Counted from the first letter of the stretch, positions 41,630-55,326 are shown. The stretch is 64,000 bases of DNA from Eledone cirrhosa (GCA_964016885.1 OZ024741.1:51894001-51958000); one strand, 5' to 3'. Translations and numbers: made by a program. Notes: generated by a model from the letters alone, not told the origin.

Positions 41630-43680
41630 GTCAGTCTGACCGCCCTATCGCAATTAGTAACGTCTTCCGACGACTTGCAGCCAAGATAGCTTGCAAGTCA
41701 GTCAAAGATAACCAGAACCAGGCGTTAAACATTATCCAGCTCGGAGTGGGAGTCAAGTGCTGATTGATGTAGAGTGGTAGTACATGTGTCCAGACAATTT
41801 ATAGAGCACACGCCTCCTTCGTCACCCTCACCTTGTGAAGCATGGATATAAGAAACACTATCAACAGCATTAGGTGAGATCACATCTTAGAGACGTGTAT
41901 CAGACGATCACACTCAATTTTCCCTTTTGCTCAACTCTTGTACCGAAGAATCAGCGCACTCATGGCCGCTGACAAAAAGGTTACTTCCGCTGCGGGTGTC
42001 CAGCAGGGAGACCCACTCGGACCGCTCCTCTTTGCTCTGAAAGTCGATGATGTTGCCCACTTTGCCCAGGTGCCCTTCAACGTCACGTTCCTGGACAATG
42101 CGACCCTGGGTGGCTTGACTGAGTCGATAGTTGAGGACCTTCAGCTAATCATCCACAGATTCGAGATTAACCCATCCAAGAGATAAACGTTAGCTATGGA
42201 GAGGCTGAATTCTACGATGCCATACTCAGTATCCATCCTGTCTTGTCTGGGGCTCGGCTCATGCCCACAGAAGCCGCCTGCATTTTCGGCTCTTCAATTT
42301 TCTCGAAATCCATACGAGAGTGCCTGGAGACTAAGCTCGCAGACCTGCCGAGAATGGCGGAGAGGCAGCGCCTCATTGACGCGCACCCAGCAGCCTTCCT
42401 CTTGAGGAACTGCTTCACCCTTCCCAAAATCTTGTTCACGCTGCGTGGTGCGCCATGTCACTCTCATGCAGATCCCCTCGGCGAACTCAACGCCACCATC
42501 CAATGCTGTGCAGAACACATCTGCAATGTCAGTTTCGACAGCACCGGCTGGCAACAGGTGAAGCTCCCAGTTTGGTAGCCTCGGCTTCTGATCCGCTTCG
42601 TATCTGTCACTGTCGGCCTACCTCTCCTCAATCTCCTCCAGTCGCATCCTCAACAGCGAAGTCCTGAGCAGGACGGCCGAACCTGACGTGGCCCTAGATC
42701 TGGAGCTCTGTCCGACTCAACCGGCGAAGGCCTCTCTACCTCCCAGTATACAAATGTCCAACGTAACTGTGACGACATCAAGTGCAGGGCTTCCTTCAGG
42801 CAGATTGAGTCTGGCTTGGACTAACACCGCCTCGCCTACTTCCGATCCGCCTCGCAACCAAACAGCGATGCGTGGATCAATTCGGTGCCCTGCTCATTAA
42901 CCGGTACTCTTGTTGATGACGAATGCACTCGCATCGGAGTGGCCCATCACTTCGGCCTCCGCGTGTGTGAGCCACACAAATGCCGTTGTGAGGCTGTCGT
43001 TGACGAGTTTGGTCTGCACCCACTGTCATGCCATCAAATCACAGGCCAGTTTCCCTGACATGTCACTCTCAACGACATATTGAGAAGGAGGCTGGATGCA
43101 GCTGGCTTCCCACCATAACGAGTCAACAGGCCTCGACCAGGAGAAGGTAGGTGCCCCGACAAATTACTCTCTTCCCATTCAAAGGCGGTAAATCTCTCAT
43201 CTGGGATGCGACATGTGACACATTCTCCGCCTCCAACATAGTTGCTTCGGCCAGAAACCCAACAATGCAGAGTACAGGAAGACAAGCAAATACCGACCGT
43301 TTTCTTTTTGTACCGGATGCCGTCCAGATTCAGTCGCATCGGACCCCGTACAGCCGAGCTCCTCTATAAAATCGGAATGTCAGCTGCCCGTCCGAGGAAG
43401 GAGCCCCGAGAGGTGGAGTGGCTGCTGTAGCGGTTTCGCTGGCCATTGTCAGTGTCCGCGGAAATGCCTTTGCAGTTTTGTCCGCGGGGCACCGCCGAAA
43501 CACTGCCGCGACCTAGATATAGACTCTGTCACCCACTCCCCTCCCTCCTCTCTTTCGTCCTTGCTCTTTCCCTCCTTTTCTCATTTGTGGCATTTATAGC
43601 CCTTTCCTTTATTTTCCTATACAGCCAGATCTGCCCTTCTTTTCTCCTTTCCCCTTTTTTTCGTTACTTTTAAAAAAAAA
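41630..43680 (+). pseudogene. Degenerate CRE-like non-LTR retrotransposon (RT + RLE)
   Basis: RPIAISNVFRRLAAK, QLGVG, GVQQGDPLGPLLF.L, FLD.ATLGG, LLRNCF.LPK; later C.C/HPLSC and WDATC motifs; pyrimidine-rich 3' UTR and poly(A) at ~43672. Confidence 0.8.
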
Positions 43681-43879
43681 TATTTCCATCATTGTATACT
43701 TTTTGTTGTAAAATATCCTATAGGCAGTTAATGTTTAATTCACTTATTATTACTAGAATTCAAAAGAATTGGGAAAATCAGAGTTATCTTTAGGGGTCAC
43801 TATTAAGTTATGTGTTTTGTGGTGGTATATGTGTGTGTTTAGGGGTATTGTCGATGTGCGTGTGTATGTATGTGTGTTT

Positions 43880-44025
43880 GTTCTGGCTCTTTACATTCTG
43901 AGTTCAAATCCTGCCGAGGTCAATTTTACCTTTCACTCTTCCGGGGTTGATAAAGTACCAGTTTAGTTCTGAAGTCGATTTAATCAACTTTTTCCCCCCC
44001 CCAAATTACTGGTCTAAAATTAGTA
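43880..44025 (+). mobile_element. SINE fragment
   Basis: gagttcaaatcctgccgaggtcaattttacctttcac...ggggttgataaagtaccag core. Confidence 0.6.
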
Positions 44026-44399
44026 ATAATTATTATGATATGCATTGTTATTTACTAGCATTGTTTATTATTATTGTTGACAGAATATAACCAAAATGCT
44101 CTCCGAAGGAAATCAAAACGAAGAAATATTTTAGATTGAAATCTGTTGAAGTGATCCAAACTTACAGAATGTGACGAAATGTGAATAAAAGGTAAAAGAA
44201 CAACTATTGAAAGGAATAAAAATATATAAAAAGGAATAAAAGGAGACAAGGAAAAAATAAAGGGAAATGTTGAAAATAATGACAAAAAATATAGAAATAA
44301 AATATATGAAATAGAATTTAAAAAAATAAAGAAAATAAAAAAAGTTGATATATAGAAAAGTATAGAGAAAACAAGTAAAAGCGGAAAGAATTATGTACA

Positions 44400-46406
44400 A
44401 TGAATAAAACGATTCGGGTATTTTTATATTTTATGTTGTGGATAGCTTTTGGTTTGGGTAGTGCTGCTTTAAATATTTTAAATATTGACTGGCAAAAGAC
44501 AAGTATACCTCAAGGTATTGTTCTTGTTATCGTGCTGGGAATCCTACAAGGTTCTGTTTACGAGTTTCCAGTGCAGACGATCGCAACCTTAATTGTTGGC
44601 GGTAACAAACGCAAAAACCCAACGACGGCAGCCGACAACTTAACACTTATTCTCAACTACAATTTATTGGCTGTTACAGTTGATGATATTGAAGAATGTT
44701 TTCAGACAATGTTTCAAGCATACATGGGTAATTTGAGCTTCAATATATCTGCTGTTCTTGTCAGTGCAACATGGGACAAAAATCTCAGATCACGGGAACT
44801 AGAATGTCGAGACAATTACCGGAAGTTGATATATGATGAACTTTTTAAAGAAGGTGTTTCTTTTGTTAATGGACACTATGACGATATCAACGAAGATCGA
44901 TTCAAGAATATATGGATGTATTTCCAATTTTGTCCCAAAAATATCTTCATTAGTCAGCACCTTGATTCAATATGTGATCGATTTGCACAAGAATTTATGG
45001 TAATTCATCGAACCAGTAAGGTTTTACGTAAATGTGGACAATATCAAGATCTAATGTTACTATCTGAAGGAGAATCTTTTGCTTATACATATACTGACAC
45101 AACATACTATGGAAAGATGGCCCGTCCTTATAATCAACCCATGTTTTATTATTCTACTGACGTACAAAATATATTTAATCGCAGGTTTGATTATACTTTA
45201 GTGTTGGATGCTGATACAGGTGTACCGGATGGAACAGTAGAGAGACTTCTTGGTATAGCTGCTGCAAATCCAGAGAAAGGGATCATTCAACCATCTATAA
45301 AGTTAACTTATGATGAAAACGATACTATGTATATGAAACTGGAAGCAATGAGACAAATGATCTATGAGCCAATGACAAATGCAATCACAGCATTACTTGG
45401 TCAGTGTGGTTTCTTTGGAAAAGGACTTATCAAAAACCGGATATACATAGACAATGTAATTGGAAGTAGAGAGAACCTAATCGAACGTGTCCCCATCGAT
45501 GTTCTCAGCCATGACACATTTGAAGCAGCTTTACTCAAACCTTATTATGCCGGCTCCGTGTTTTTACTGGAAGCTCCCAGTTTTAATTACATCACTTGGA
45601 ACATTCGGGAAAGACGTTGGAATCGAGGTGAAGTGATATTATCCATGTATTTCTGGAAAAATACCATTGGTGTAATAATGAGAGCCTTACAGAAAGTTTT
45701 CCAAAGGGACAAATTTAATAGAACAATTCTGAGAACAGAAAGTAAACTTGATTTTGTTACATCTTATATTGCCCATTCAGCATTAAGACAAATGTTGATG
45801 AAACCATTTTTGCTGATATTTATTTGTTTACACGTCGGTATAGAACTAAGGTATCCACATGCACCGATTGTTGTAATAATGTTCTTAGTACTCATCTTCC
45901 CTAAATTTGCTACATGTACTAAATCAAACATAAAATACGTCATTATTGAAACTGTAACATCGTTTCTACAGTTTACTCCGGAAGCAATTGTTGGTTGCGT
46001 GCGCATCATTCGTGCGATCCAAGCGAATATTTCCGCCAACTGTAAATGGATTCCACAAAGGTCTATTGAAGAAGAGTTTAGAAATTCTAATCCCTTTCTT
46101 TCCAGTCTGAAACATTTATGGTTATATAGTTTGTTAGCTCTTGTCATTGGTACGGTGGTAGTGATTTTTGTCCCAAGCTCAAGCCTCATCCTGTGTATGC
46201 TGGCTACTCTCTTTCTTCTTCCGTTGTTCACTGGAGTTACATCGTTAACAATGAACTTCAAATCCAGTCAAAGTACAACTTCAAATTCGAAACGGCAACT
46301 AGAGGTTAGTGTTCTTGGAAGTACTAGCGGCCTGACCTTAGGTTTAAAAACGACCATTAATTCTACAGGTGCTTACCGAAACCAGGCTTATGATAGTTCC
46401 TGGTAA
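44400..46406 (+). CDS. OpgH/MdoH-like membrane GT2 glucosyltransferase (putative beta-1,2-glucan synthase), intronless, 668 aa
   Basis: Two N-terminal TM-like helices; RKCGQ, LVLDADT, GIIQ, FFGKGLI, LSHDTFEAALL, EAP...RERRWNRG align in order with OpgH motifs as I recall them (RKAGN, VLDADS, GIIQ, YWGHNAII, LSHDFVEAAL, EE.P...RDRRWC.G); several C-terminal TM-like helices; AATAAA at 46503. Confidence 0.85.
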   Translation: MNKTIRVFLYFMLWIAFGLGSAALNILNIDWQKTSIPQGIVLVIVLGILQGSVYEFPVQTIATLIVGGNKRKNPTTAADNLTLILNYNLLAVTVDDIEECFQTMFQAYMGNLSFNISAVLVSATWDKNLRSRELECRDNYRKLIYDELFKEGVSFVNGHYDDINEDRFKNIWMYFQFCPKNIFISQHLDSICDRFAQEFMVIHRTSKVLRKCGQYQDLMLLSEGESFAYTYTDTTYYGKMARPYNQPMFYYSTDVQNIFNRRFDYTLVLDADTGVPDGTVERLLGIAAANPEKGIIQPSIKLTYDENDTMYMKLEAMRQMIYEPMTNAITALLGQCGFFGKGLIKNRIYIDNVIGSRENLIERVPIDVLSHDTFEAALLKPYYAGSVFLLEAPSFNYITWNIRERRWNRGEVILSMYFWKNTIGVIMRALQKVFQRDKFNRTILRTESKLDFVTSYIAHSALRQMLMKPFLLIFICLHVGIELRYPHAPIVVIMFLVLIFPKFATCTKSNIKYVIIETVTSFLQFTPEAIVGCVRIIRAIQANISANCKWIPQRSIEEEFRNSNPFLSSLKHLWLYSLLALVIGTVVVIFVPSSSLILCMLATLFLLPLFTGVTSLTMNFKSSQSTTSNSKRQLEVSVLGSTSGLTLGLKTTINSTGAYRNQAYDSSW

Positions 46407-46790
46407 ATCCCTTTCATTTAATACTCTTTATTTGAACCATTAATCATAAACTTTATTGGAACCATTAGTCATTTTATTTATTGAAACTATTTTATAATTT
46501 GTAATAAAATCCTTTAGAATTGAAATGTTTTCTTTTGATTTTTTCATGCACAAATTTACTGTCCCTAAGAAATTTATTCTTTAAATGTATATTTCAAGAA
46601 AGATTTTATTTTCCCTTCTACGTTGCCAAAAATACAATTTGATTTCTTAGTATATCATTTGGAGATAAAATTAAGTTGGTAGCGTATATATATTTTTTGA
46701 TATAGAAATAATATATGGCACGTTTATATAAATTATATGTAGTTTTAGAATAATCCCTTAACTAAAAAAGACGACCAATAAAAATAAGCG

Positions 46791-46849
<59 letters not shown>

Positions 46850-47516
46850 AAGGGAAAGAGAGAGAGAGGGGGGGGGGGAGATAGATAGTTAAAAATATAG
46901 AGATAGTGATAGATAAATAGAGAGAAGTGTAGAGAGAGGAGATGGAGAACAAGACTGAAAGAAAGATTTTCTGACTTTCTTATTAGCAGACCTGCCAACC
47001 TCTAAAAACCCAAACGGGAGTACCATGAGTAAAAGACGAATGTATTTAATTTTTTTTCAGTTCAGGATTCTTATGCTATATACATCAGGGAGAATGGTTA
47101 TATAATAATCGTACAAAATGAGAAATTTGCATTTCGATAAATTTGAGATTTGCATAAGATAAATCTTATAGTTTGTATTGATTACTGACACGCGGAAGTG
47201 ACTAAAGATAAAAGTAACATTTTAATAATTTATTTCTAGGATATAATTAGATAAATATTCAGCATGTATGTAAAAATAACAGTGCAGTATTAAATGTAAG
47301 AGCAGCTCTGGAGAAATAACTAATTACAGGGAAAAATGTAGGATTAAAATCCAGGACCTTGTGATTGGAAATCAAACTTTTTATTATATCAATATGACTG
47401 TTATGGGAAATGTATTATATATTTATGTGTGTAAATTTTAAAGAGTAACAGACGAATATATAAATATACAAAAAAACGTGGTGTATTATTATAGTTGATT
47501 TATAATGTTATTAACA

Positions 47517-48715
47517 TTTCAGGCAGAATTCCATCCTCCCCAGCAGTCTTGACACATTTGAACTCTTTAATTGCTCTTGTGACCTCAGCCTACGAGAGAT
47601 TAGTCATCGCTTCCAGATGCACCTCGTGTACATCAGAAGATGCTGTTGTGATCGGGTTTAGGAGATCGGCGAAGTATTCTCTCCACCTTGCAAGTATGCA
47701 CTTTTCTGAAGAGAATAAAAACCCCAAACGTATTCCTGATAGCAAGTGTGCAGGGGGACTTCTTATAACGAAGTCGGTGGATGATCTGCCAGAACACTTT
47801 ATTTACTGATCTGAAGTCGGATTCAAGCTTAACCCCAAAGTCTTCCCATGTCTTAACGTTGGACACCTTTACTGTCTCTGCTGCGATGTTTGTGCCTGCT
47901 TGTACCTCAAATGCAAGGAGGACTTACTTCCAAGCCAAGCTTTCTAGGCCTTTTTGTTTGCTCGGATGGCATCTTTGACTTCTTGATTGAACCAAGGGGT
48001 CCGCCTGCCATCCAGCACCACACCAAGCCTCTTTGCCCGCAGCATTTAACAGCTGAAACAGAAACTGCTGAGCTGAACAATCTCCACGTCATCAATTTGC
48101 TCAGAAAGCTCTCTGAATTTGGGTGCAATAGTATCCGCATGCCTGGTCATAACTTCCCTATCCACCAATGCTTCCCACTTTATCCTGTAGCTCGACCTGT
48201 GCCTGCCAGTTTTGTGGGCTTCTTTGGCTCTAGGTAGTCTCAATTTCCAGATAATTAGATGGTGATCAGTTGACAGCTCAGTCCACCCCCTCAACACTTA
48301 ACATGAACATCCAGCACAGAATCGAACATCAGAGACAATAACAAAATCAATTATTGATCTATGTCCCCGATTCCCCTTATAGCATGTATATTAGCTCGGG
48401 GATATGAGAGTCACTCCAGGTAGAGCCGCTACTTCACCGAATTGAGAGATCACAGCTTCGATACTATGGACATGTGGTTAGAATGTCTCAGGAAAGAATC
48501 TCTTGACAACTTTTACGGGCAAAACGAACGAGCAGGAGACCCAGGGGTAGACCACGAGTAAGTTGGTTGGATAACATCCATGACTTCGGCTGGTCTCGCT
48601 TGGAGATCCAGCCGGATCGGTTGGAGACGGTTGCTTCTGATAGGACTCACTGGAAGGAGTGTTTGATGATTCTGCCCCCATGACCCTGTTAGGAATAAGT
48701 TAGCAAAGAAGAAGA
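47517..48715. mobile_element. RTE-like LINE copy with inverted 5' part
   Basis: 47517-48390 encodes endonuclease-to-RT linker on the minus strand (STDHHL..., AEVTRAIKEFKCVKTAGED). 48397-48715 is the family 3' end on the plus strand, homologous to 15235-15556. Confidence 0.7.
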
Positions 48716-49476
48716 TAATATTATTGCATGATTTAATCGATGTCGTTTTATTAAATTAAATACACCATAAGGCGAAATATGTCAGTGTGAGTTCGTATTA
48801 AGTGTAGGTTAAAATGTTGGTTTCCACCTACATTTGTATGCATTGATAAATACATAACGAAACACATGTACACACTGAGATTAGTAGAAAACTGGCCACA
48901 TGGCAGTATTTTTGCTAGTAATAAAAACACGAAAAAACTGTTTGGAGTATATTCTTTTGCTTTATTCTTTTCCATAATAATCTAGTCTTCAAAATAAATT
49001 AGAAAAAATAGAATATATAAATATATGAAAATATTTACGAAACTAATTTATGTAATTTTATAAAATTTTATAAAATTTAAAATATTTATGAAAATACATG
49101 AAAATTTATGAAAATATATGAAAAATGAAAAAAACAAAACAAAAACAAAACAAACAAACATGAAAATGTTTGAAAATTAAAAAAAAATTAGGAAAATTTA
49201 CGAAACTGTATAATAATTTATAAAAATGTGTAATAATAAATGAAAAGTTTAAAATTTTATGAAACTATATAATTTATGAACATTTGTGAACATTAACATT
49301 TTAAAATCATACGGAAATTAAGTGCTAGAATAAATGTCTTGAAATATGTCTCTTTAGTTACGTTGAGAGTTCAAATCTCTAGTGGATCGATTAACATAAC
49401 TACCACTAATATATTGTTATCAATTTGCTGTTGCTGCTGCTGCTGCTGCTACAACAACAACAACAACAACAACTAT

Positions 49477-49508
<32 letters not shown>

Positions 49509-50753
49509 GTGGATGCTCTCTGCAGTGTTATGTACAATGATATAAAAATTACCTATCAACAAAACCCGCGAACCAGTAGAACACTTGAAAAATAAACATC
49601 CCCTCCATAAAGGAGGTCATGTGATTAAAGCCACACACACACACATATATACACAAGAATGAGTTGAGGTTGGTTTTGCATGAAAATCACCCGCGATAGA
49701 CTAGTACACACTCCAAGTGGGAGAGAGAGAGAGATGACTTGTATCTCATCAGGTTACTATGGCAACCAGGTTTAATCAATAGACTAACTGTAACAGTATA
49801 TGTAGTATGCCTGCATACTACATATGTCATACCAACATGTCGTAAAGAACATGTGACATACGAACATATGACATACCAGCATGTCATATCAACATACATT
49901 ATAACAACATATATCATTCCGACACATAGATTTACCAACATATGCCATAACAATATATGTCATTAGGTTAGATATATTACACGCGAGTCGGCTAGTGAGT
50001 CACAGTGAGAACGCACAAGAAGCTAGAAGTATCTGCAAAATCACACTCGAAAGCCAACCCTACTTTCTTAAAACAGAAAGGAAACATTGGACAATGTAGA
50101 ACTAGATACATTGTCTAAAAAAAACCGGGATGGTCATGGCTGGAAAACACTTGACAATCAGTCGTCTACTAGATGTGGGTTAGACGACATATGTAATACC
50201 AACAAGACGAGGAACCTGCCCGCAGTTGTCTTGCTGAGTGAATGCACATTCCATTCCTTATTATCGCACGGCGATATACAATATGGAACGCAACAGATTA
50301 ACTGTTAAGGTACATTGTGTATATAAGAATACGTACATAGTTTTTATCTGTGTATATTTATATACATTTTTATATATTCATATATATTTTTAACTCAGCC
50401 TCACTTTCATTTTTAATAGATATTAGTTTCAAAACTTATATCCAAAACATAACTATTTCAACTGATGAACGAGCTGGACGTTTCTATAAGGATCGTCTAG
50501 TTTCCTGAAACCTTCGGAATAATGGAATAATTATATTGTGTTGTTTATTATGTAAATAAAAAAAAATATATATGTATATATGTATATCCCGGGTTCAATC
50601 GGGGGTAACCACAGTAAGTAAGGTACTCAATACATAGCAGAGTATATATATTTAATATAGAAATGGCTTCTACAAGAACAGAACTAGTCCTGTAGAAGCC
50701 ATTTCTTTCTCTCTTTATCTCCCCGCCCCCACCCCCCCCCTCTCTCTCTCTCT

Positions 50754-50804
<51 letters not shown>

Positions 50805-50867
50805 AGGTAGAACACTGGAAGGTAATATCCGTAGTGGTAGAGCACTCAATCCATGGGACGAGTTAGG

Positions 50868-51147
<280 letters not shown>

Positions 51148-51202
51148 TACATATATATATATAATTATGAAAACTAAAATCCGATGAGGGCTCAATAAGG
51201 AT

Positions 51203-51279
<77 letters not shown>

Positions 51280-51286
51280 TATATAT

Positions 51287-51317
<31 letters not shown>

Positions 51318-51323
51318 ATGTAT

Positions 51324-51360
<37 letters not shown>

Positions 51361-51380
51361 AAACCCTTAAAGCAAATATT

Positions 51381-51509
51381 TATTATTAGTACAGATTAAT
51401 GTTTAAGCAAAGAGTCGGCGCTTTCTTCCTATTCCTGGATCTTCAGAAGATCCCGCAATAGGGTGAATACAGCGATTCTTTGCTTAAACTTTAATCTGTA
51501 CTAATAATG

Positions 51510-51510
<1 letters not shown>
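51381..51510. repeat. Imperfect hairpin between (TA)n tracts
   Basis: attattagtacagattaatgtttaagcaaagag.../...tctttgcttaaactttaatctgtactaataat, centred on ggatcttc-a-gaagatcc. Confidence 0.85.
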
Positions 51511-51570
<60 letters not shown>

Positions 51571-51660
51571 AAGGTCGGAATTAAGAGTATTCCGCAGTTC
51601 ACTGTAATAATAATAATAGTATTAGCTCAAAGAAGAATAGAGAATTTCCTTCTGAGCTCA

Positions 51661-51912
51661 AATGCAAATATATTACACAAAGAGAAGTGTGTTACACAGT
51701 GAGATGTGTGTAAAGAATTATTACAAGTGAGTTTTACCGTTACTGTATAGAGAACAATATCTACAGGTTTAGCAATTAAATAGAAAAAAACTAAGTCAGA
51801 ATCAAATCTCTGTAGATATTGTTCTCTATACAGTAACGGTAAAACTCACTTGTAATAATTCTTTACACACATCTCACTGTGTAACACACTTTTCTTTGTG
51901 TAATATATTTGC

Positions 51913-51915
<3 letters not shown>
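51661..51915. repeat. Inverted repeat, ~106-bp arms with ~43-bp spacer
   Basis: 51661-51766 vs 51810-51915; nearly perfect reverse complements. Confidence 0.9.
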
Positions 51916-51957
<42 letters not shown>

Positions 51958-51959
<2 letters not shown>

Positions 51960-52387
51960 CGGCGATGAATTAGTTTTGCGAGGTTTTTGATATGAAATCG
52001 TGTGTCGAAACAAATATTGTTATACTTGGGGAGGGTCATATTTGTGTAATAATATTGCCAGAATAAATAACAGAACACACTCACTGTTTGGTTGGTTTTC
52101 GCTTCTGTGTCTTTTATATCGGTTAATTTAATTTATTCGGTCCTCAATGTTACCATTGACTGACCAGTCAATGGTAACATAGGTCAATCAATGGTAACAT
52201 TGAGGACCGAATAAATTAAATTAACCGATATAAAAGACACAGAAGCGAAAACCAACCAAACAGTGAGTGTGTTCTGTTATTAATTCTGGCAATATTATTA
52301 CACAAATATGACCCTCCCCAAGTATAACAATATTTGTTTCGACACACGATTTCATATCAAAAACCTCGCAAAACTTATTCATCGCCG

Positions 52388-52389
<2 letters not shown>
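51958..52389. repeat. Long hairpin, ~205-bp arms, flanked by (TA)n on both sides
   Basis: aacggcgatgaat...ccattgactgacc / ggtcaatcaatgg...attcatcgccgtt. Arm sequence is related to 13509-13560 and the Penelope terminus at 28800-28880. Confidence 0.92.
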
Positions 52390-52441
<52 letters not shown>

Positions 52442-52458
52442 CAATAAATTTCTAGTTG

Positions 52459-52526
<68 letters not shown>

Positions 52527-52771
52527 GTGTGTGTGTGTGTGTATGTGTGTGTGATGACTATGTTAAATGCGGTGTTTTGTGTGCGCGTGTGTTTATGGAT
52601 ATGTATGTTTTACAAAACATTTAAAGCAAATAAGAGAAATTATCTTCTACAAAATTAAGTCGAAAGAGGGACATGTGTAATGACAAAGATGATGATGATG
52701 ATGACGATGATGATGACGACGACGGCAATCATGTGATGATGTTTATAATGACGACGACAACGACCATGTTA

Positions 52772-52803
<32 letters not shown>

Positions 52804-53358
52804 TATTGAAACTCTTATTAGTTAACAGAATATTAAATAACATCAATGATGCAATGACTGTTCTCAGAGTTTACACGAAACAAAATCAATTACGTTAAAC
52901 TGAAAAACAGAAAAATAAGCAATCCCAATTTCACCACAATTGTATCACAACATAACAGAAAATGCACATGTAATCAAAATTATGAAATAAGTAAGCAATA
53001 AATTAAGCATGATGGTGCACAGCCTTGTGGTTAGGGGTGTTGGTATAACGTTCATAAAGTCGTGAGTTCAATTTCTGAACAGGGCAGCGCATTGTGTTCT
53101 TGAGCAAAATAGTTCTTCATTTCACGTTGCTTTTCATGATAACACTGGGACTCCTATTTCTAAACACCGAAAAAAACATCTACTGAGATAGAAACTCGAC
53201 GAAAGACTGCGAAACGCGCATGAGTTCTGAAGTGTAAATTTCATTTTTTCCATTTCAATGATTATAAGTGAAGTAAATTGATGAAGGTCAGTGTCTTTTA
53301 GATCGTTTTACCGTCATACGGGAATGGTTTTTTTTTTTTTCATTTTTGTATTTCTCCA

Positions 53359-55326
53359 TTACACTTTGTTAACTATATATTTGAGTCCAGAGCTGAAAAT
53401 TCTAGATTTAGTGATTACACATATTTCTGGGTGATAATCTGTTTCAGGCCAATCATTAGCTGAGGAGGATTTCAAATTGATTGTTAACGATGTAACTCCA
53501 GTGAACAACGGAAGAAGAAAGAGAGTAACCAGCATAGACAGGATTAATATTGTGCTTGGGACAAAAATCACTACCACCGTACCAATGACAAGAGCTAACA
53601 AACTATATAACCATAAATGTTTTAGACTAGAAAGAAAAGGATTAGAATTTCTAAATTCTTCTTCGACAGACCTTTGTGGAATCCATTTACAGTTGGCGGA
53701 AATATTCGCTTGGATCGCACGAATGATGCGCACGCAACCAACAACTGCTTCCGGGGTAAACTGGATGAATGAAGAAAAAGTTTCAATAATGATGTATTTT
53801 ATGTTTGATTTAGTACATGTAGCAAATTTAGGGAAGATGAGTACTAAGAACATTACTACAACAATCGGTGCAATTGAATACCTTAGTTCTATACCGACGT
53901 GTAAACAAATAAATATCAGCAAAAACGGTTTCATCAACATTTGTCTTAATGCTGAATGGGCAATATAAGATGTAACAAAATCAAGTTTACTTTCTGTTCT
54001 CAGAATTGTTCTATTAAATTTGTCCCTTTGGAAAACTTTCTGTAAGGCTCTCATTATTACACCAATGGTATTTTTCCAGAAATACATGGATAATATCACT
54101 TCACCTCGATTCCAACGTCTTTCCCGAATGTTCCAAGTGATGTAATTAAAACTGGGAGCTTCCAGTAAAAACACGGAGCCGGCATAATAAGGTTTGAGTA
54201 AAGCTGCTTCAAATGTGTCATGGCTGAGAACATCGATGGGGACACGTTCGATTAGGTTCTCTCTACTTCCAATTACATTGTCTATGTATATCCGGTTTTT
54301 GATAAGTCCTTTTCCAAAGAAACCACACTGACCAAGTAATGCTGTGATTGCATTTGTCATTGGCTCATAGATCATTTGTCTCATTGCTTCCAGTTTCATA
54401 TACATAGTATCATTTTCATCATAAGTTAACTTTATAGATGGTTGAATGATCCCTTTCTCTGGATTTGCAGCAGCTATACCAAGAAGTCTCTCTACTGTTC
54501 CATCCGGTACACCTGTATCAGCATCCAACACTAAAGTATAATCAAACCTGCGATTAAATATATTTTGTACGTCAGTAGAATAATAAAACATGGGTTGATT
54601 ATAAGGACGGGCCATCTTTCCATAGTATGTTGTGTCAGTATATGTATAAGCAAAAGATTCTCCTTCAGATAGTAACATTAGATCTTGATATTGTCCACAT
54701 TTACGTAAAACCTTACTGGTTCGATGAATTACCATAAATTCTTGTGCAAATCGATCACATATTGAATCAAGGTGCTGACTAATGAAGATATCTTTTGGAC
54801 AAAATTGGAGATACCTCCATATGCTCTTGAGTCGATCTTCGTTTATATCGTTATAGTGTCCATTGGCAAAAGAAACACCTTCTTTAAAAAGTTCATCATA
54901 TATCAACTTCCGATATTTATTACGGCAATCCAGTTCATGTATTTTGAGAATTTCCTCCGAAGTTGCACTGACAAGAACAGCAGATATATTGAAACCTAAA
55001 TTACCCATGTATGCTTGAAACATTGTCTGGAAACATTCTTCAATATCATCAACTGTAACAGCCAATAAATTGTAGTTGAGAATGAGTGTTAAGTTGTCGG
55101 CTACTGCCGTTGGGGTTTTGCGTTTGTTACCGCCAACAATTAAGGTTGCGATCGTCTGCACTGGAAATTCGAATACAGAACCTTGTAGGATTCCCAGCAC
55201 GATAACAAGAAAAATTCCTTGGGGTATACTTGTTTTCTGCCAGTTAATGTTGAAAATATTGAGAAGTAATCCAACTAGGCCGAATGTAACCCATAAGGAA
55301 AAGTAAAAGAACACTTGTTTTCCCAT
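53359..55326 (-). CDS. OpgH/MdoH-like membrane GT2 glucosyltransferase paralogue, intronless, ~655 aa
   Basis: Same motif set as 44400-46406. ATG at 55326 (the track start GTG is at 55332). Diverged N- and C-termini, identical catalytic core. Confidence 0.85.
   Translation of the reverse strand: MGKQVFFYFSLWVTFGLVGLLLNIFNINWQKTSIPQGIFLVIVLGILQGSVFEFPVQTIATLIVGGNKRKTPTAVADNLTLILNYNLLAVTVDDIEECFQTMFQAYMGNLGFNISAVLVSATSEEILKIHELDCRNKYRKLIYDELFKEGVSFANGHYNDINEDRLKSIWRYLQFCPKDIFISQHLDSICDRFAQEFMVIHRTSKVLRKCGQYQDLMLLSEGESFAYTYTDTTYYGKMARPYNQPMFYYSTDVQNIFNRRFDYTLVLDADTGVPDGTVERLLGIAAANPEKGIIQPSIKLTYDENDTMYMKLEAMRQMIYEPMTNAITALLGQCGFFGKGLIKNRIYIDNVIGSRENLIERVPIDVLSHDTFEAALLKPYYAGSVFLLEAPSFNYITWNIRERRWNRGEVILSMYFWKNTIGVIMRALQKVFQRDKFNRTILRTESKLDFVTSYIAHSALRQMLMKPFLLIFICLHVGIELRYSIAPIVVVMFLVLIFPKFATCTKSNIKYIIIETFSSFIQFTPEAVVGCVRIIRAIQANISANCKWIPQRSVEEEFRNSNPFLSSLKHLWLYSLLALVIGTVVVIFVPSTILILSMLVTLFLLPLFTGVTSLTINLKSSSANDWPETDYHPEICVITKSRIFSSGLKYIVNKV

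Noticed and set aside
45764-46261. Antisense ORFs overlapping the OpgH-like genes (also 53477-53968)
   Set aside because: Shadow ORFs of the real CDS; their similarity follows from the paralogy.
44400-46406. Chitin, cellulose or hyaluronan synthase assignment
   Set aside because: Lacks EDR/TED and QRRRW-type motifs; has SHD and RERRW as in OpgH.
50454-50529. Hammerhead-like CUGAUGA...GAAAC motif (also a weaker one at ~1595-1700)
   Set aside because: The required U16.1/cleavage triplet or core CUGA is mutated; at most decayed remnants.
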